DNA from: a bacterium
Lineage (GTDB): Bacteria > Patescibacteriota > Minisyncoccia > UBA6257 > JAUSGH01
Assembly (NCBI GenBank): GCA_030649055.1
Contig: JAUSGH010000007.1
Location: forward strand, 1,854-65,853
DNA length: 64,000 bases
Direction of reading: 5' to 3'
Part shown: positions 38,159-48,141 of the stretch, in pieces
Layout of the letters: each line of letters begins with the position of its first letter
Numbering within the stretch: position 1 is the first letter of the stretch
Notes under the pieces: generated by a model
The model's database searches: none
What the model saw: the letters and a program-made list of their open reading frames with translations, nothing else
What the model was told of the DNA's origin: nothing
Translations under genes and position numbers: made by a program

Positions 38159-39193
38159 ATGAACGACATCAAAATTTTTGATTCAACCCTGCGCGACGGC
38201 TCGCACGCCATCGCGCACACCCTAACACCGGAAAACGTCGCTCGGTACTGCCGGGCGATTGACGGCTCCGGCGTGCACGTGGTCATCGTCGGGCACGGGA
38301 ACGGTCTTGGCGCCTCATCACTTCAAGTGGGACTTTCTTCCGCGTCAGACGAGGCACTGCTCAAAGCCGCGCGCAAAGAATTAAAACACACAAAGCTGGG
38401 TGTCCTTATTTTCCCGGGCTTTGGCACCATCGAAGACGACCTGAAACCGGCGCTCGCGCTCGGCACGGACGTCATACTTGTCGCGGCGCACTGCACCGAG
38501 GCAGACCTCACCGCGCAATACATTTCTTACGCGAAGACGCAAAAAAAAGAGGTGTACGGAATGCTGATGATGTATCACATGACGACCAAAGAGCGCTTGC
38601 TTACGGAAGCTAAAAAAATGGAAGGGTATGGCGCGCAAGGGCTGCTGTTAATGGACTCCGCCGGCGCCTCAACTCCCGCGCTGGTCAAAGAAACCGTTTC
38701 CCATCTCGTAGGAAACCTCTCTATTCCCGTGGGGTTCCACGCGCACAATAATTTGGGGATGGCGGTCGCGCACACATGGATCGCTCTCGAAGCCGGGGCG
38801 CGTATCGTTGACGGCACCGTCAAGGGTTTTGGCGCGGGCGCGGGCAATTGCGCGCTTGAAGTCTTAACCGCGCTGCTGCAGAAAATGGGTTATAAAACGC
38901 CGACGAATCTCTATAAACTCATGGACGCGGGCGATGAACTGGAGCGCTCCATTATGAAAAAACCGCAGGAGATCAGCTCCATCAGCATCGCAAGCGCTCT
39001 CGCCGGTGTATTTTCCGGCTTTGCGCGGCCAGTGAAACGCGCGGCGGAGATCTATGGCGTTGATCCGCGCGACATCTTTAAGATATTGGGCGAGCGCCGC
39101 ATTATCGTCGGGCAGGAAGACATGGTGTTTGAAATCGCCATGGAGCTGGCTAAACTGAAGAAGGGCAAAAGCAATAAAGCAATAAAGCAATAA
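38159..39193 (+). CDS. 4-hydroxy-2-oxovalerate aldolase family (DmpG/MhpE-like, HMGL-like TIM barrel)
   Basis: 344 aa. IFDSTLRDGSHA motif, HAHNNLGMAVA metal site, C-terminal DmpG communication domain. Confidence 0.8.
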   Translation: MNDIKIFDSTLRDGSHAIAHTLTPENVARYCRAIDGSGVHVVIVGHGNGLGASSLQVGLSSASDEALLKAARKELKHTKLGVLIFPGFGTIEDDLKPALALGTDVILVAAHCTEADLTAQYISYAKTQKKEVYGMLMMYHMTTKERLLTEAKKMEGYGAQGLLLMDSAGASTPALVKETVSHLVGNLSIPVGFHAHNNLGMAVAHTWIALEAGARIVDGTVKGFGAGAGNCALEVLTALLQKMGYKTPTNLYKLMDAGDELERSIMKKPQEISSISIASALAGVFSGFARPVKRAAEIYGVDPRDIFKILGERRIIVGQEDMVFEIAMELAKLKKGKSNKAIKQ

Positions 39194-39202
39194 AACGCTA
39201 CC

Positions 39203-41038
39203 ATGAATGTTGCCGATTTTCTCTTAAAATATTTCAGCGACCGCGGCGTCACGCACGCGTTCCTCTTGCCCGGCGGGCATGCCATGTTTTTAAATGATGC
39301 GCTCGCAAAAAATAAACAACTGAGCTACACCTGCCTGCTTCATGAACAAGGCGTCGCAATGGCGGCAGAGGCCTACGGACGCGCATGCGGAAAACCCGCA
39401 ATCGCGATGGTAACCGCCGGCCCCGGAGCGACAAACGCCATCACGGGGGTTGTTGGCGCGTGGGTGGACTCTTCCCCTATGATCATCATCACAGGCCAGT
39501 CCGATCTGAATATTGTGCGACGCGCCGAAAAAACAGGCATACGCCAGCTTGGCGCGCAAGGCATTAGTATCCGCGCCATGGTCACGCCAATCACCAAATA
39601 TTTTGTAACAGTGGACAGTCCCGCAAAGGCCGGCGCATATGCCGCGAAAGCGTGGGAAGCGCTCCACGTCGGACGTCCCGGCCCGGTGTGGCTTGAGGTG
39701 CCGCTGGACATCCAGCGCTCCGAAGTTCCGCCGGCGGTCGTTCGCGCGGCAGAACACATCACCGCGCCACGCGACGTGCATCGCGTGACACCAACGCTCG
39801 CCAAATATGCAGCTGAGGTGTACAAAAAAATCACGGAGGCAAAGCGACCGCTTTTCATCTTCGGCCAAGGCGTGCGCCTTTCAGGCGGCGTTTCGGAATT
39901 TGAATCGGTAATCAAAAAAATAAAAATTCCTCTTATCACCTCCCGCCTGGGGCTGGATATTATCCCAAGCGACCATCCCGCCTTCATCGGCCGCCCGGGC
40001 ACATATGGCGACCGCGCCGCAAATTTAGCCGTACAAAACGCTGACCTTATTGTGGCCGTCGGCTCGCGCCTTGCGACTTCAATGACGGGATACAACGTAA
40101 AGGATTTTGGCAGGAACGCGGGCATTATTCTTGTGGACATTGACGAAAAGGAATTAAAAAAACCCGATCTCCGCCTCGTTATGCCAATCAAAGCCGACGC
40201 GAAAGCGTTTCTTGCGGCACTCGCAAACGAAGCAGGCGCGAAGGGCGACATTGAGCGCGCATCTTGGCTCGCCATCGCCAAGGGTTGGAGAAAAAAATAC
40301 CCTGTGGTGCTTCCGGAATATAAAACACAAAATCCGGTAAACACATATTACTTCGTGGATCGGCTCTCCGCGCTGGCGCCCGAAGGAGCGCAAATTCTTA
40401 CGGACACCAGTTCAATCTTCCACGTAAGCGCGCAAGCGTGGAAGATTAAAAAGGGTCAACGCTATATCACGACCGGCGGCATTTCCACTATGGGCTACTG
40501 GGTGGCGAGCGTGGGCATGTGCATTGCGAACAACAGGAAACCCACGATCGTACTTGTCGGTGACGGCAGTTTGGAAATGAACATCTACGGATTCGCAACC
40601 GTAAAAGGAAGCAACCTTCCGATTAAGATATTTGTCTTAAATAACAACGGCTACCTGCTCATCCGCCACACGCAAAAAAACTTTTTTGAAGGACGCATGA
40701 TCGGCGAAAGCCCTGCCTCGGGCGTCACGCTCCCCGATGTGCGAAAAGTCGCCGAAGCGTATGGCCTAAAAACCATGCGCATCAACTCAGCGAGCGAGGT
40801 AGATCAAAAAATCAAAGAAATGCTCGCCTACGACGGCCCCGTGGTGTGTGAAGTCATGACCCCCGAGTGGCAATTTATTATGCCGAGAGTCGGCGGGATG
40901 AAACAAGCGGACGGAAAAGTTGTGCCGAACAGGTACGAGAACATGTCTCCCCCGCTTCCGCCGGAGGAATTAAAAGCGAATATGATCGCGGAGTCGGGGC
41001 GATCGTCATTGCGAGCAAAGCGAAGCAATCTTACATAA
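39203..41038 (+). CDS. Thiamine-diphosphate-dependent enzyme of the acetolactate-synthase large-subunit family (YerE-like sugar-branching enzyme candidate)
   Basis: 611 aa. Three-domain AHAS-like layout; ThDP-binding GDGS...NN motif (LVGDGSLEMNIYG...NNNGY). Confidence 0.85.
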   Translation: MNVADFLLKYFSDRGVTHAFLLPGGHAMFLNDALAKNKQLSYTCLLHEQGVAMAAEAYGRACGKPAIAMVTAGPGATNAITGVVGAWVDSSPMIIITGQSDLNIVRRAEKTGIRQLGAQGISIRAMVTPITKYFVTVDSPAKAGAYAAKAWEALHVGRPGPVWLEVPLDIQRSEVPPAVVRAAEHITAPRDVHRVTPTLAKYAAEVYKKITEAKRPLFIFGQGVRLSGGVSEFESVIKKIKIPLITSRLGLDIIPSDHPAFIGRPGTYGDRAANLAVQNADLIVAVGSRLATSMTGYNVKDFGRNAGIILVDIDEKELKKPDLRLVMPIKADAKAFLAALANEAGAKGDIERASWLAIAKGWRKKYPVVLPEYKTQNPVNTYYFVDRLSALAPEGAQILTDTSSIFHVSAQAWKIKKGQRYITTGGISTMGYWVASVGMCIANNRKPTIVLVGDGSLEMNIYGFATVKGSNLPIKIFVLNNNGYLLIRHTQKNFFEGRMIGESPASGVTLPDVRKVAEAYGLKTMRINSASEVDQKIKEMLAYDGPVVCEVMTPEWQFIMPRVGGMKQADGKVVPNRYENMSPPLPPEELKANMIAESGRSSLRAKRSNLT

Positions 41039-41045
41039 ACTATTT

Positions 41046-41924
41046 ATGAAAATTTTTCTTACCGGCGGCGCCGGATTCATCGGAAAAAACATCATTGAAC
41101 AGCTCGGCAAAGTGCACGAGATTATTGCGCCCACGCGCGAGGAGCTTGACCTCACGAACTCCGAGGCGGTATTCACGTTCCTCAAGAAACATCCGGTGGA
41201 TGTCGTGATTCATGCCGCAAACATCGGCGGTACGCGCAAGCAACAGCACGTCTTCGGCATCACGCACACGAACCTCAAAATGTTTTTCAATATTATCCGC
41301 GCGAAACCATTTTTCAAACGCATGATCACGCTCGGATCCGGCGCGGAATACGGCAAGCAACACCCCATCATGAACGTGAACGAAAACAATTTCAGCACCC
41401 ACGTTCCCGACGACGAGTACGGCCTCTATAAATACGTTTGCGCGGAGTACGCGTCAAAGGTGGACTACATCACGCACGTGCGACTCTTCGGAGTGTTCGG
41501 AAAATACGAGGATATCCAAATCCGCTTTATTTCCAACGCCATCTGCAAGGCGCTTTCGGGCATGCCCATCACCATTCGCCAGAACGTCGTGTTTGATTAC
41601 ATTTTCGTTGACGACCTCGTGCGGATACTGGACGCGTTTGTCCGCCGCAAACCGAAAGAAATATTTTTCAACACCGGCCGCGGTGAAGGCGTAGATCTTC
41701 GGACCATCGCGAAAAAAGTCATTCACGAAGTCGGCACGAAAGTACCCGTGCTCGTGCAGACGCCGGGACGCGCGAAGGAATACACCTGTTCAACCGCGCG
41801 CCTCAAAAAAACGTTGACGCACTTCTCATACACGCCGCTCGATATCGCCATCGCGAAACTTGTCGCGTACTACCAAACTATCCTCCCCACGATTGACCGC
41901 GAACTACTCACGCGCGACATTTAA
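41046..41924 (+). CDS. NAD(P)-dependent sugar epimerase/reductase (SDR; RmlD/YerF-like ketoreductase candidate)
   Basis: 292 aa. IFLTGGAGFIGKN Rossmann motif, YGLYK catalytic motif. Confidence 0.75.
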   Translation: MKIFLTGGAGFIGKNIIEQLGKVHEIIAPTREELDLTNSEAVFTFLKKHPVDVVIHAANIGGTRKQQHVFGITHTNLKMFFNIIRAKPFFKRMITLGSGAEYGKQHPIMNVNENNFSTHVPDDEYGLYKYVCAEYASKVDYITHVRLFGVFGKYEDIQIRFISNAICKALSGMPITIRQNVVFDYIFVDDLVRILDAFVRRKPKEIFFNTGRGEGVDLRTIAKKVIHEVGTKVPVLVQTPGRAKEYTCSTARLKKTLTHFSYTPLDIAIAKLVAYYQTILPTIDRELLTRDI

Positions 41925-43381
41925 CTTTCGTCAGAACACGCACGAGCGCTATCGCGCCGATACATAAAGATTTTCCCGACGTCGCCCTGAAATGCGTAGC
42001 ATGGTGGGATTCTTTCTATTTCAGGTCCGGAATTCCTCGGGACAAAAATTGTTGAAAAAACACCCCGCAGGAGCTTTGCCTCATTTTCTTGCCCCACAAT
42101 AAACCGGTCGCTCATGCGGATGTATTGGTAAAACGCGCTTGACTGGTGCCGCGCGGCAATCTGCGGCAAATTGTAGAAAAACACGTTATTGTCGCTGCGT
42201 AACGCTTCAAGGTGTGACCCTATCGTTACCGGCAACACGTCCCGGACACGGCTCCCCTCCTTCCAAAGCGGAACAAGCTGCGCTCCAATAAATACGGCGA
42301 TGAGCGCCGCAAAAAACTTAAGACGCAACCCGTCACGTTTCAGCGCAACGCCAAGCATCGCATCAATGCCGGGCGCGAGGAAAAGAAAAAGCATGATGTG
42401 CGCGGGATAAAAATAACGATACCATCCTTCGGTGCGCACATAGAACGCGAGCGTCAGGAGCGCGAAAAGAAATGCCGCGATTTCCGCCATCGACACTCCT
42501 CTCTGCTGCCATATTTTTTTAACAAGAAACGCGAATGCGACGAGGAACAATACAAGCAAATGTGCAGGTGTTGATTCAGTAAAAAAACGCGCTATATTCG
42601 CCGCAATAAGCGGAACAAAATCCGCGACGTAATACGGATTCGCGTAATGCCCGAAAATTCGCGCGAGGGAGGACGCCCCGCCAAACTGCGTGAATATCCA
42701 CCACAAAATGGCCCCAACGCATCCTAACGCAAGCCAGAGCGTTTGCCGCCGGCCCTCGGGCGTAAGTACCATACGGCGCGCATTAAAAAGCAGTGCAAGA
42801 AATAACGCGGGTAGTATAACGAGAAACGTCGGCTTCGCGCTTGCCGCGAACCCCAACACAACACCGGAGGCGGCAAAAAGTACCGACGATGCCTTTGCGG
42901 ATTGCTCGGCGTACAGAAGTAACAGCAAGCCAGCCACTAAAAAGAACAGCGCGGGCGTTTCCCCGGCAAAGCTTTTTCCGTTGCCATAGAGCGGCGTAAA
43001 AGTTGTAAGCAATGCCGTTCCAACGCATGCGATCCGATTCCCGTAGAGTTTCCGCGACAGAAAGAAGAAAGCCACGACAAGTCCAAGCGCGAAAAGCACC
43101 GCGACAATGTGAAACACCGTAACGGAAAATCCGAAGATCAAGATTGCCGCGACCGCGGGGTAAATCGTCGGGTACCCCATCGTGATAAGCGCCGCGTTAT
43201 AAAACGTGCCGGGAGCGATTTCTATACCCCAAACACCCTGCTCCGCAATGTTCCGGACAAGCTGGACAAAAATCCCTTCGTCAAACCAAAATTCAGGATT
43301 CCACACGGAAAAATACAAAAACGCCGCAGCGGTGAATCCGAATAACAATGCCGCAACAAGGATGTATCGTCGATTTATCAT
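41921..43381 (-). CDS. GT-C membrane glycosyltransferase, family 39/83-like, paralog 3
   Basis: Polytopic ArnT/PMT-like pattern (FDEGIF...G.........YP). Start set at MINRRYIL; the first two codons of the longer ORF derive from element 43395-43479. Confidence 0.65.
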   Translation of the reverse strand: MINRRYILVAALLFGFTAAAFLYFSVWNPEFWFDEGIFVQLVRNIAEQGVWGIEIAPGTFYNAALITMGYPTIYPAVAAILIFGFSVTVFHIVAVLFALGLVVAFFFLSRKLYGNRIACVGTALLTTFTPLYGNGKSFAGETPALFFLVAGLLLLLYAEQSAKASSVLFAASGVVLGFAASAKPTFLVILPALFLALLFNARRMVLTPEGRRQTLWLALGCVGAILWWIFTQFGGASSLARIFGHYANPYYVADFVPLIAANIARFFTESTPAHLLVLFLVAFAFLVKKIWQQRGVSMAEIAAFLFALLTLAFYVRTEGWYRYFYPAHIMLFLFLAPGIDAMLGVALKRDGLRLKFFAALIAVFIGAQLVPLWKEGSRVRDVLPVTIGSHLEALRSDNNVFFYNLPQIAARHQSSAFYQYIRMSDRFIVGQENEAKLLRGVFSTIFVPRNSGPEIERIPPCYAFQGDVGKIFMYRRDSARACSDES

Positions 43382-43394
43382 AGTGAGGCACTTT

Positions 43395-43479
43395 GTCATT
43401 CCGGACTCGATCCGGAATCCAGTTTGCCAAGTCCTGGATTCCCGCTGGAGTTTACCCGCCTTTGGCGGGCGGGAATGAC
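43395..43479. repeat. Family A palindromic element, ORF-less copy (GTCATTCCGGACTCGATCCGGAATCCAG ... CTGGATTCCCGCTGGAGTTTACCCGCCTTTGGCGGGCGGGAATGAC)
   Basis: Read directly. Confidence 0.65.
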
Positions 43480-43482
43480 ACG

Positions 43483-44607
43483 CTAAAAACTTTCCATAAA
43501 TTTAATAATCTGCAGCGCGCGGTTTTCCCAGCTATATTCCCGAACATGGTTCTGCGCGGCAAGCGCAATCTGGTGCGCCGCATGCTCATTGTGAAGTACG
43601 GCAGCAATTCCACCGGCAAGCGCCAAAGAGTCATCGGGGTGGACAAAAATTGCCTGCGACTCATTAAGCACCTCGCGAATCGACGGGAGATCAGAGGCGA
43701 CAATCGGCGTACCGGAGGCCATATATTCAAAAAGCTTCATCGGAGAAGTATAGCGCGCGCCGATGGCTGTTTTGCCACTGGTGGGAAGCACGAGTACGTC
43801 CGCCGCCTTGAGCCACAACGGAATCTCGGAGGAACTCCGCCATCCCAGCACGTGCAGGTTTGCCGAAGGGAACCGCCGATTAAATGCCTCCGTGTCAGCC
43901 AGTGTTCCGCCGACAACATACACATGTGTATCGGGTGGAAGTTCTGCCGCCGCGCGAGCTAAGACATCGGCTCCTTTCCAATCATACAAATGGCCGGTAT
44001 ACGCGACAATTTTTTTATCAGCCGGGAGATGCAGTTTCGCGCGACATTCATCGCGACTCGCCGTAATATAAAATTTCTTCATATCAACCGCGTCGCGCGC
44101 GAGTAAAATCTTTTGCTCCGGAACGCCAAAGGCGATAAGCGCCTTTCGCAACCCGTCGCTAATCACAACAATTCCTTTTGCGCGCCGCCAGGCGCGACGG
44201 TGCAGCCAGTTCTCACGCTCCGGCAACGAATGGATTTCGTAAAAAACCGGCACACGCGTCAACAATCCCGCCGCGACGGCAAGGTCGCGCGTATAATACG
44301 CGTCATATGTATTGAAAAGCAGATGCCACCACAAGGCCTTTATAAAACTCATGCTCTCTAATACAAATCCGAGTTGTTTCAAAAAAGGCAACGCTAAAAA
44401 ATCCGCAACAAAAATCTTACGGATTGAAAAGTTGCGCGGGACACCGTAGAAAACAAAAGGGTCGTCTTTGAGCATATTCAGGCGCCGCGGAACCACAAGC
44501 GTCACAGCATTTCCTGCAGCCGCAAACGCCGCACACATATGCACCACCTGGATGCCGTGCGCCTTTTCGGTCGGAAGGCGGATATTTGCAAGATAAGCGA
44601 TTTTCAT
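43483..44607 (-). CDS. GT4 family glycosyltransferase
   Basis: GT4 C-terminal motif (VGG....E.......LKAADVLVLPT...E.......EYMASGTPIVASD). Start set at MKIAYLANI, giving an ATGA-type 4-nt overlap with asnB. Confidence 0.8.
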   Translation of the reverse strand: MKIAYLANIRLPTEKAHGIQVVHMCAAFAAAGNAVTLVVPRRLNMLKDDPFVFYGVPRNFSIRKIFVADFLALPFLKQLGFVLESMSFIKALWWHLLFNTYDAYYTRDLAVAAGLLTRVPVFYEIHSLPERENWLHRRAWRRAKGIVVISDGLRKALIAFGVPEQKILLARDAVDMKKFYITASRDECRAKLHLPADKKIVAYTGHLYDWKGADVLARAAAELPPDTHVYVVGGTLADTEAFNRRFPSANLHVLGWRSSSEIPLWLKAADVLVLPTSGKTAIGARYTSPMKLFEYMASGTPIVASDLPSIREVLNESQAIFVHPDDSLALAGGIAAVLHNEHAAHQIALAAQNHVREYSWENRALQIIKFMESF

Positions 44608-46463
44608 GATGTTGGTTGCCGGCGGATAAATTGTTCGTACCATAACTCCCACATAACAATCGCCCAAATCATATTAAGATTATACCGCTCTCCCGTAACA
44701 TGCGCCTCAAACATCCGCCGGACTTCTTCACGATTGAAAAACTCTTGCGGAATGTTCGCGAGGATATCTCGAACCCTATCTTTCAGCTCGCCGCGCATCC
44801 ACTTTGCCATAGGCGTAAACCAGCCGCGCTTCGGCTCACGCGCCACATGCGGCGGCAGATAGTCCGCGATCGCATCGCGCCAAATGCGCTTGCCCTGGAA
44901 ATGCCTTCCGGTATTCCCTAAAAGCGAAAACTTCCATCGCGTGGGAATCTTCGCGGCAAGCTCCGCGAGCCGATAATCCAGCATAGGTACTCGACACTCA
45001 AGTCCATGACCCATCGTCATTTTATCCGACCGCATCAGCGACTCGTCCACCAGCCAGCTCTGCCGATCAATGTTCATGAATACTTTCTCAAAATCGCGCG
45101 GTTGCGCCGATGCAAAATACCGCTCGCTAAAATGCCTCGTGATTGTCTCGGGGTCGCTGACGTCACGCGAAAGCACGCCGACTACATTATTCTCTTTTTC
45201 CGCGAGGAACGCGACCACGCGCGACGCATCCGCCGGAAGTCGCAGCTTTTGCGCGTTGTTTTTCCCGAAACAACCCGCAAGCGCGGAGTGGAACGGCAGC
45301 CGCTGGAACGCGGTAATCGCGCGGCTGTACCAATACCGCGGATAACCGCCGAAGAGCTCGTCTCCCCCGTCGCCGCCCAAAACCACCGCCACGTTTTCCT
45401 TCGCCATTTTTGACAACAGATACATCGCGCCCGCGGTCGGGTTAAAATTTGGCTCATCCAGGTGCCACGCGATACGTTCCAAATTATCACCGATATCTTT
45501 TGCCCCGATCATAAGCTCGTGATGCTCTGCTCCGTAGTGCGCCGCGGTCATCCGCGCGAGGCGAACATCAGCATTAAATTTATCCCGCTGCACATCAACG
45601 TCAAACCCCACGGAAAATGTCTGCGCTTTGCCCGCGGCGGCAACAACCGAGCCCAACACCGCTGTGGAATCCATGCCTCCCGAAAGAAACACACCGACGG
45701 GTCTGTCGGAAATAAGCTGACGCTTTACAGAGTCGTCAAACAACCGCCGGATCTCACGCCGTGCTTCATCACGCGAGACAACATCCGTAAAATCCGTCAC
45801 CTCCCAATACTTTTCGATCGTCAGCTTTCCGTTTGTGAATACGGCGCGGCTCGCCGCGGGAAGCTTGAAAATATTTTGAAACATCGTAAGCGGCTCCGGC
45901 ACATAGTAAAGATGAAAATAAAAATTCATCGCCTCCTTGGAAACCGCCCGAGCGATATCATGCGCAAGAATCGCCTTAATCTCCGATGAAAAAATAAATC
46001 GCGCCTGCCCTGAGCTCGTCGAAGGGTCAAAGTAGTAGTACAGCGGCTTCACGCCCGCGTGATCGCGCGCGAGAAACAGTTCTTGCTTCGCCGCGTCCCA
46101 AATGGCAAACGCAAAAATGCCGTTGAACTTTTTGACGCACTCTTTCCCCCACTTCGCGTACGCCACCAAAATTACCTCGGTGTCGCTCGCCGTGCGGAAC
46201 GGATAACCGGACTTTAACTCTTCTTTCAACTCACGGTAATTGTAAATCTCACCGTTAAAAACAATAACCAGCCGCCCATCCGCGCTTTTCATCGGCTGGC
46301 TGGCGGCAGAACTCAAATCAATAATGCTCAAGCGGTCGTGGCCGAGCGAAATTCCATCTGCAACAAAAACATCGGTCCCATCGGGTCCCCGATGAACTGT
46401 GGCGGCGTTCATGCTCTTAATGAGCGCCTCGTCTTTGAAATTAAATCCATTGATGCTACACAC
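44604..46463 (-). CDS. asnB: Asparagine synthase (glutamine-hydrolysing) family amidotransferase (AsnB/WbpS-like)
   Basis: 619 aa. N-terminal MCSINGF Ntn-Cys start, PP-loop SGGMDS. Confidence 0.85.
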   Translation of the reverse strand: MCSINGFNFKDEALIKSMNAATVHRGPDGTDVFVADGISLGHDRLSIIDLSSAASQPMKSADGRLVIVFNGEIYNYRELKEELKSGYPFRTASDTEVILVAYAKWGKECVKKFNGIFAFAIWDAAKQELFLARDHAGVKPLYYYFDPSTSSGQARFIFSSEIKAILAHDIARAVSKEAMNFYFHLYYVPEPLTMFQNIFKLPAASRAVFTNGKLTIEKYWEVTDFTDVVSRDEARREIRRLFDDSVKRQLISDRPVGVFLSGGMDSTAVLGSVVAAAGKAQTFSVGFDVDVQRDKFNADVRLARMTAAHYGAEHHELMIGAKDIGDNLERIAWHLDEPNFNPTAGAMYLLSKMAKENVAVVLGGDGGDELFGGYPRYWYSRAITAFQRLPFHSALAGCFGKNNAQKLRLPADASRVVAFLAEKENNVVGVLSRDVSDPETITRHFSERYFASAQPRDFEKVFMNIDRQSWLVDESLMRSDKMTMGHGLECRVPMLDYRLAELAAKIPTRWKFSLLGNTGRHFQGKRIWRDAIADYLPPHVAREPKRGWFTPMAKWMRGELKDRVRDILANIPQEFFNREEVRRMFEAHVTGERYNLNMIWAIVMWELWYEQFIRRQPTS

Positions 46464-46465
46464 GG

Positions 46466-46500
46466 CAATATTTGCTTAATTGCTTAATTGTTTTATTGCT
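46466..46500. repeat. Short tandem octamer repeat (GCAATWAA-like units; reverse complement reads GCAATAAAACAATTAAGCAATTAAGCAA) at a gene junction
   Basis: Read directly. Similar octamer runs at 39169-39192 (GCAATAAA x3) and 50636-50672. They encode ...AIKQ termini. Confidence 0.5.
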
Positions 46501-48122
46501 TTAACGACCATCGTTGGTCCATTCGACCGAAGCGCGAACATTTTCAATAGTCCACCGCCGAAACCGTTCGTGATGTCATCGGAGTTATCCGCAGAGCCCG
46601 AAAATATTCCAACAGTTTCGCCTAAGCTCGCGAGATGGTCGGAAATGCCATACCCTGCAACAAATTCCGGACTATACAGAAGATACGCGTAATCATTCGC
46701 CTGCATATATTCGGAGAGATGGTCGGTGAATGGGCCGGGCTGCGCGGCGAAAAGATTCAGCGCGTGGTAGCGCGGCGAGGGCAGCAGCTCCTCCGGCAAC
46801 GCTTCAGTCGCCACGTCCGCGCTCCGAAGCGAGCCGGGGTCAAGGCGTCGCTGTTCTTGAACCGCATCGGCGGTCGTGGGAATCCGCATCAGGCGCGCGA
46901 ATGTAACCACTTTTTCTCCGGCTGGAACATTTGCCGCAGTCCACTCTGCCGCCTGCACGCGCGTATCATTTTTGAGAAGCAGCGAGTCAAACCGCAGCAC
47001 TCCCGCCGCCATCGTTCCAAACACAACGACACCAAGGCCATACGCAAGAAACCTTGAACGCGCCGCAATCCACATAGTTGCTTCGTGCATCCCGTACCCC
47101 GCGACAAGCGCGAACAGCGGATAAAGCATCAGGATGTACCGGTCCATGTGAAAGAAGAACAAGTAGAAGACGGCGATATAGGCGAAAGAAAAGAGCGACG
47201 CAACCGCAAAAAACCTGCGCTTGCGGAGGAATGCGTAAAGCAACCCCGCAATAATAAACACGAAAAACGCCGACTCCGTTTCAATGAGCTTTTTTGCATA
47301 AAATCCGTATCCCGCGAAAAATCCAATAATGCTCTTTGCTCCCCCAACAACATTCTCCGCGTGCACCACAAGTCCCCCGGGATAAAGCGCGTAAGCCAGT
47401 GCCACAAGTGCCGTAAAAAGCAGCGCGCTCCCGTAAACCCACCGCTCCCTCAAAGACAGCCGGTCATACAACAAAAACCACAGCGCGATAAACAACGCCG
47501 AAAGTCCGGCCTGGTAGTTGATACCGACACCTATGCCGGCAAAAAGCGTGGCGAGGAGGTAGCGCCGCCGCGCCGCAATATCAGCGCGGGAAAGCACGTA
47601 CATGACGAGCGCAAAGAAAAACGTTGCCGGAACCCAATGTCGCGCCCAATGCGAAAAATTTGCATGGAGAAAACTTAATGCCAAAAATGCGGCCGAATAT
47701 AGCGCGGGCGCTTCCGCCGCAAAAACATTCTTCCCGATTTTATAAACAAGCCAAACCGTCGCGGTGCCGAGGACGACACTCGCGAGACGCGCGGCAATAA
47801 AAAGCGCCGAGGGGTCAAGCGTTGTTGCGGAAATAAACTGCGGGAACGTCCCGGAAAACAGCAAATATTTTATCACGAGCACGGGAATAAAAAGTACAAG
47901 GTAGATGTAGGAAAGATATGGCGGAAAATAGAGAATGCGCCCGAACTCCGCGGCATGAAGCGCCGGCACTAGGCTACGGAGCTCCATCATCTTTAGCGCT
48001 CCAAAAATAAACGGCGGCTCGTCCGAGACAAGCCACATCGGCAAACCGTAAGAAATCCCCGCAAGACGCACGAAAAACGCAACCGCGATAATCAAAAGTA
48101 ACGCGATTTTGAAGCGAGACAT
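46476..48122 (-). CDS. GT-C membrane glycosyltransferase, family 39/83-like, paralog 4
   Basis: 548 aa polytopic. N-terminal SYGLPMWLVSDEPPF and ArnT/PMT-like helices. Confidence 0.65.
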   Translation of the reverse strand: MSRFKIALLLIIAVAFFVRLAGISYGLPMWLVSDEPPFIFGALKMMELRSLVPALHAAEFGRILYFPPYLSYIYLVLFIPVLVIKYLLFSGTFPQFISATTLDPSALFIAARLASVVLGTATVWLVYKIGKNVFAAEAPALYSAAFLALSFLHANFSHWARHWVPATFFFALVMYVLSRADIAARRRYLLATLFAGIGVGINYQAGLSALFIALWFLLYDRLSLRERWVYGSALLFTALVALAYALYPGGLVVHAENVVGGAKSIIGFFAGYGFYAKKLIETESAFFVFIIAGLLYAFLRKRRFFAVASLFSFAYIAVFYLFFFHMDRYILMLYPLFALVAGYGMHEATMWIAARSRFLAYGLGVVVFGTMAAGVLRFDSLLLKNDTRVQAAEWTAANVPAGEKVVTFARLMRIPTTADAVQEQRRLDPGSLRSADVATEALPEELLPSPRYHALNLFAAQPGPFTDHLSEYMQANDYAYLLYSPEFVAGYGISDHLASLGETVGIFSGSADNSDDITNGFGGGLLKMFALRSNGPTMVVKAIKQLSN

Positions 48123-48141
48123 ATGATAACTATAACATCCC

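Noticed and set aside
39373-40344. 323-aa and 192-aa ORFs antisense to the ThDP-enzyme gene
   Set aside because: Arg/Ala/Pro-rich composition typical of antisense frames of GC-rich coding sequence. The plus-strand gene has clear ThDP-enzyme motifs.
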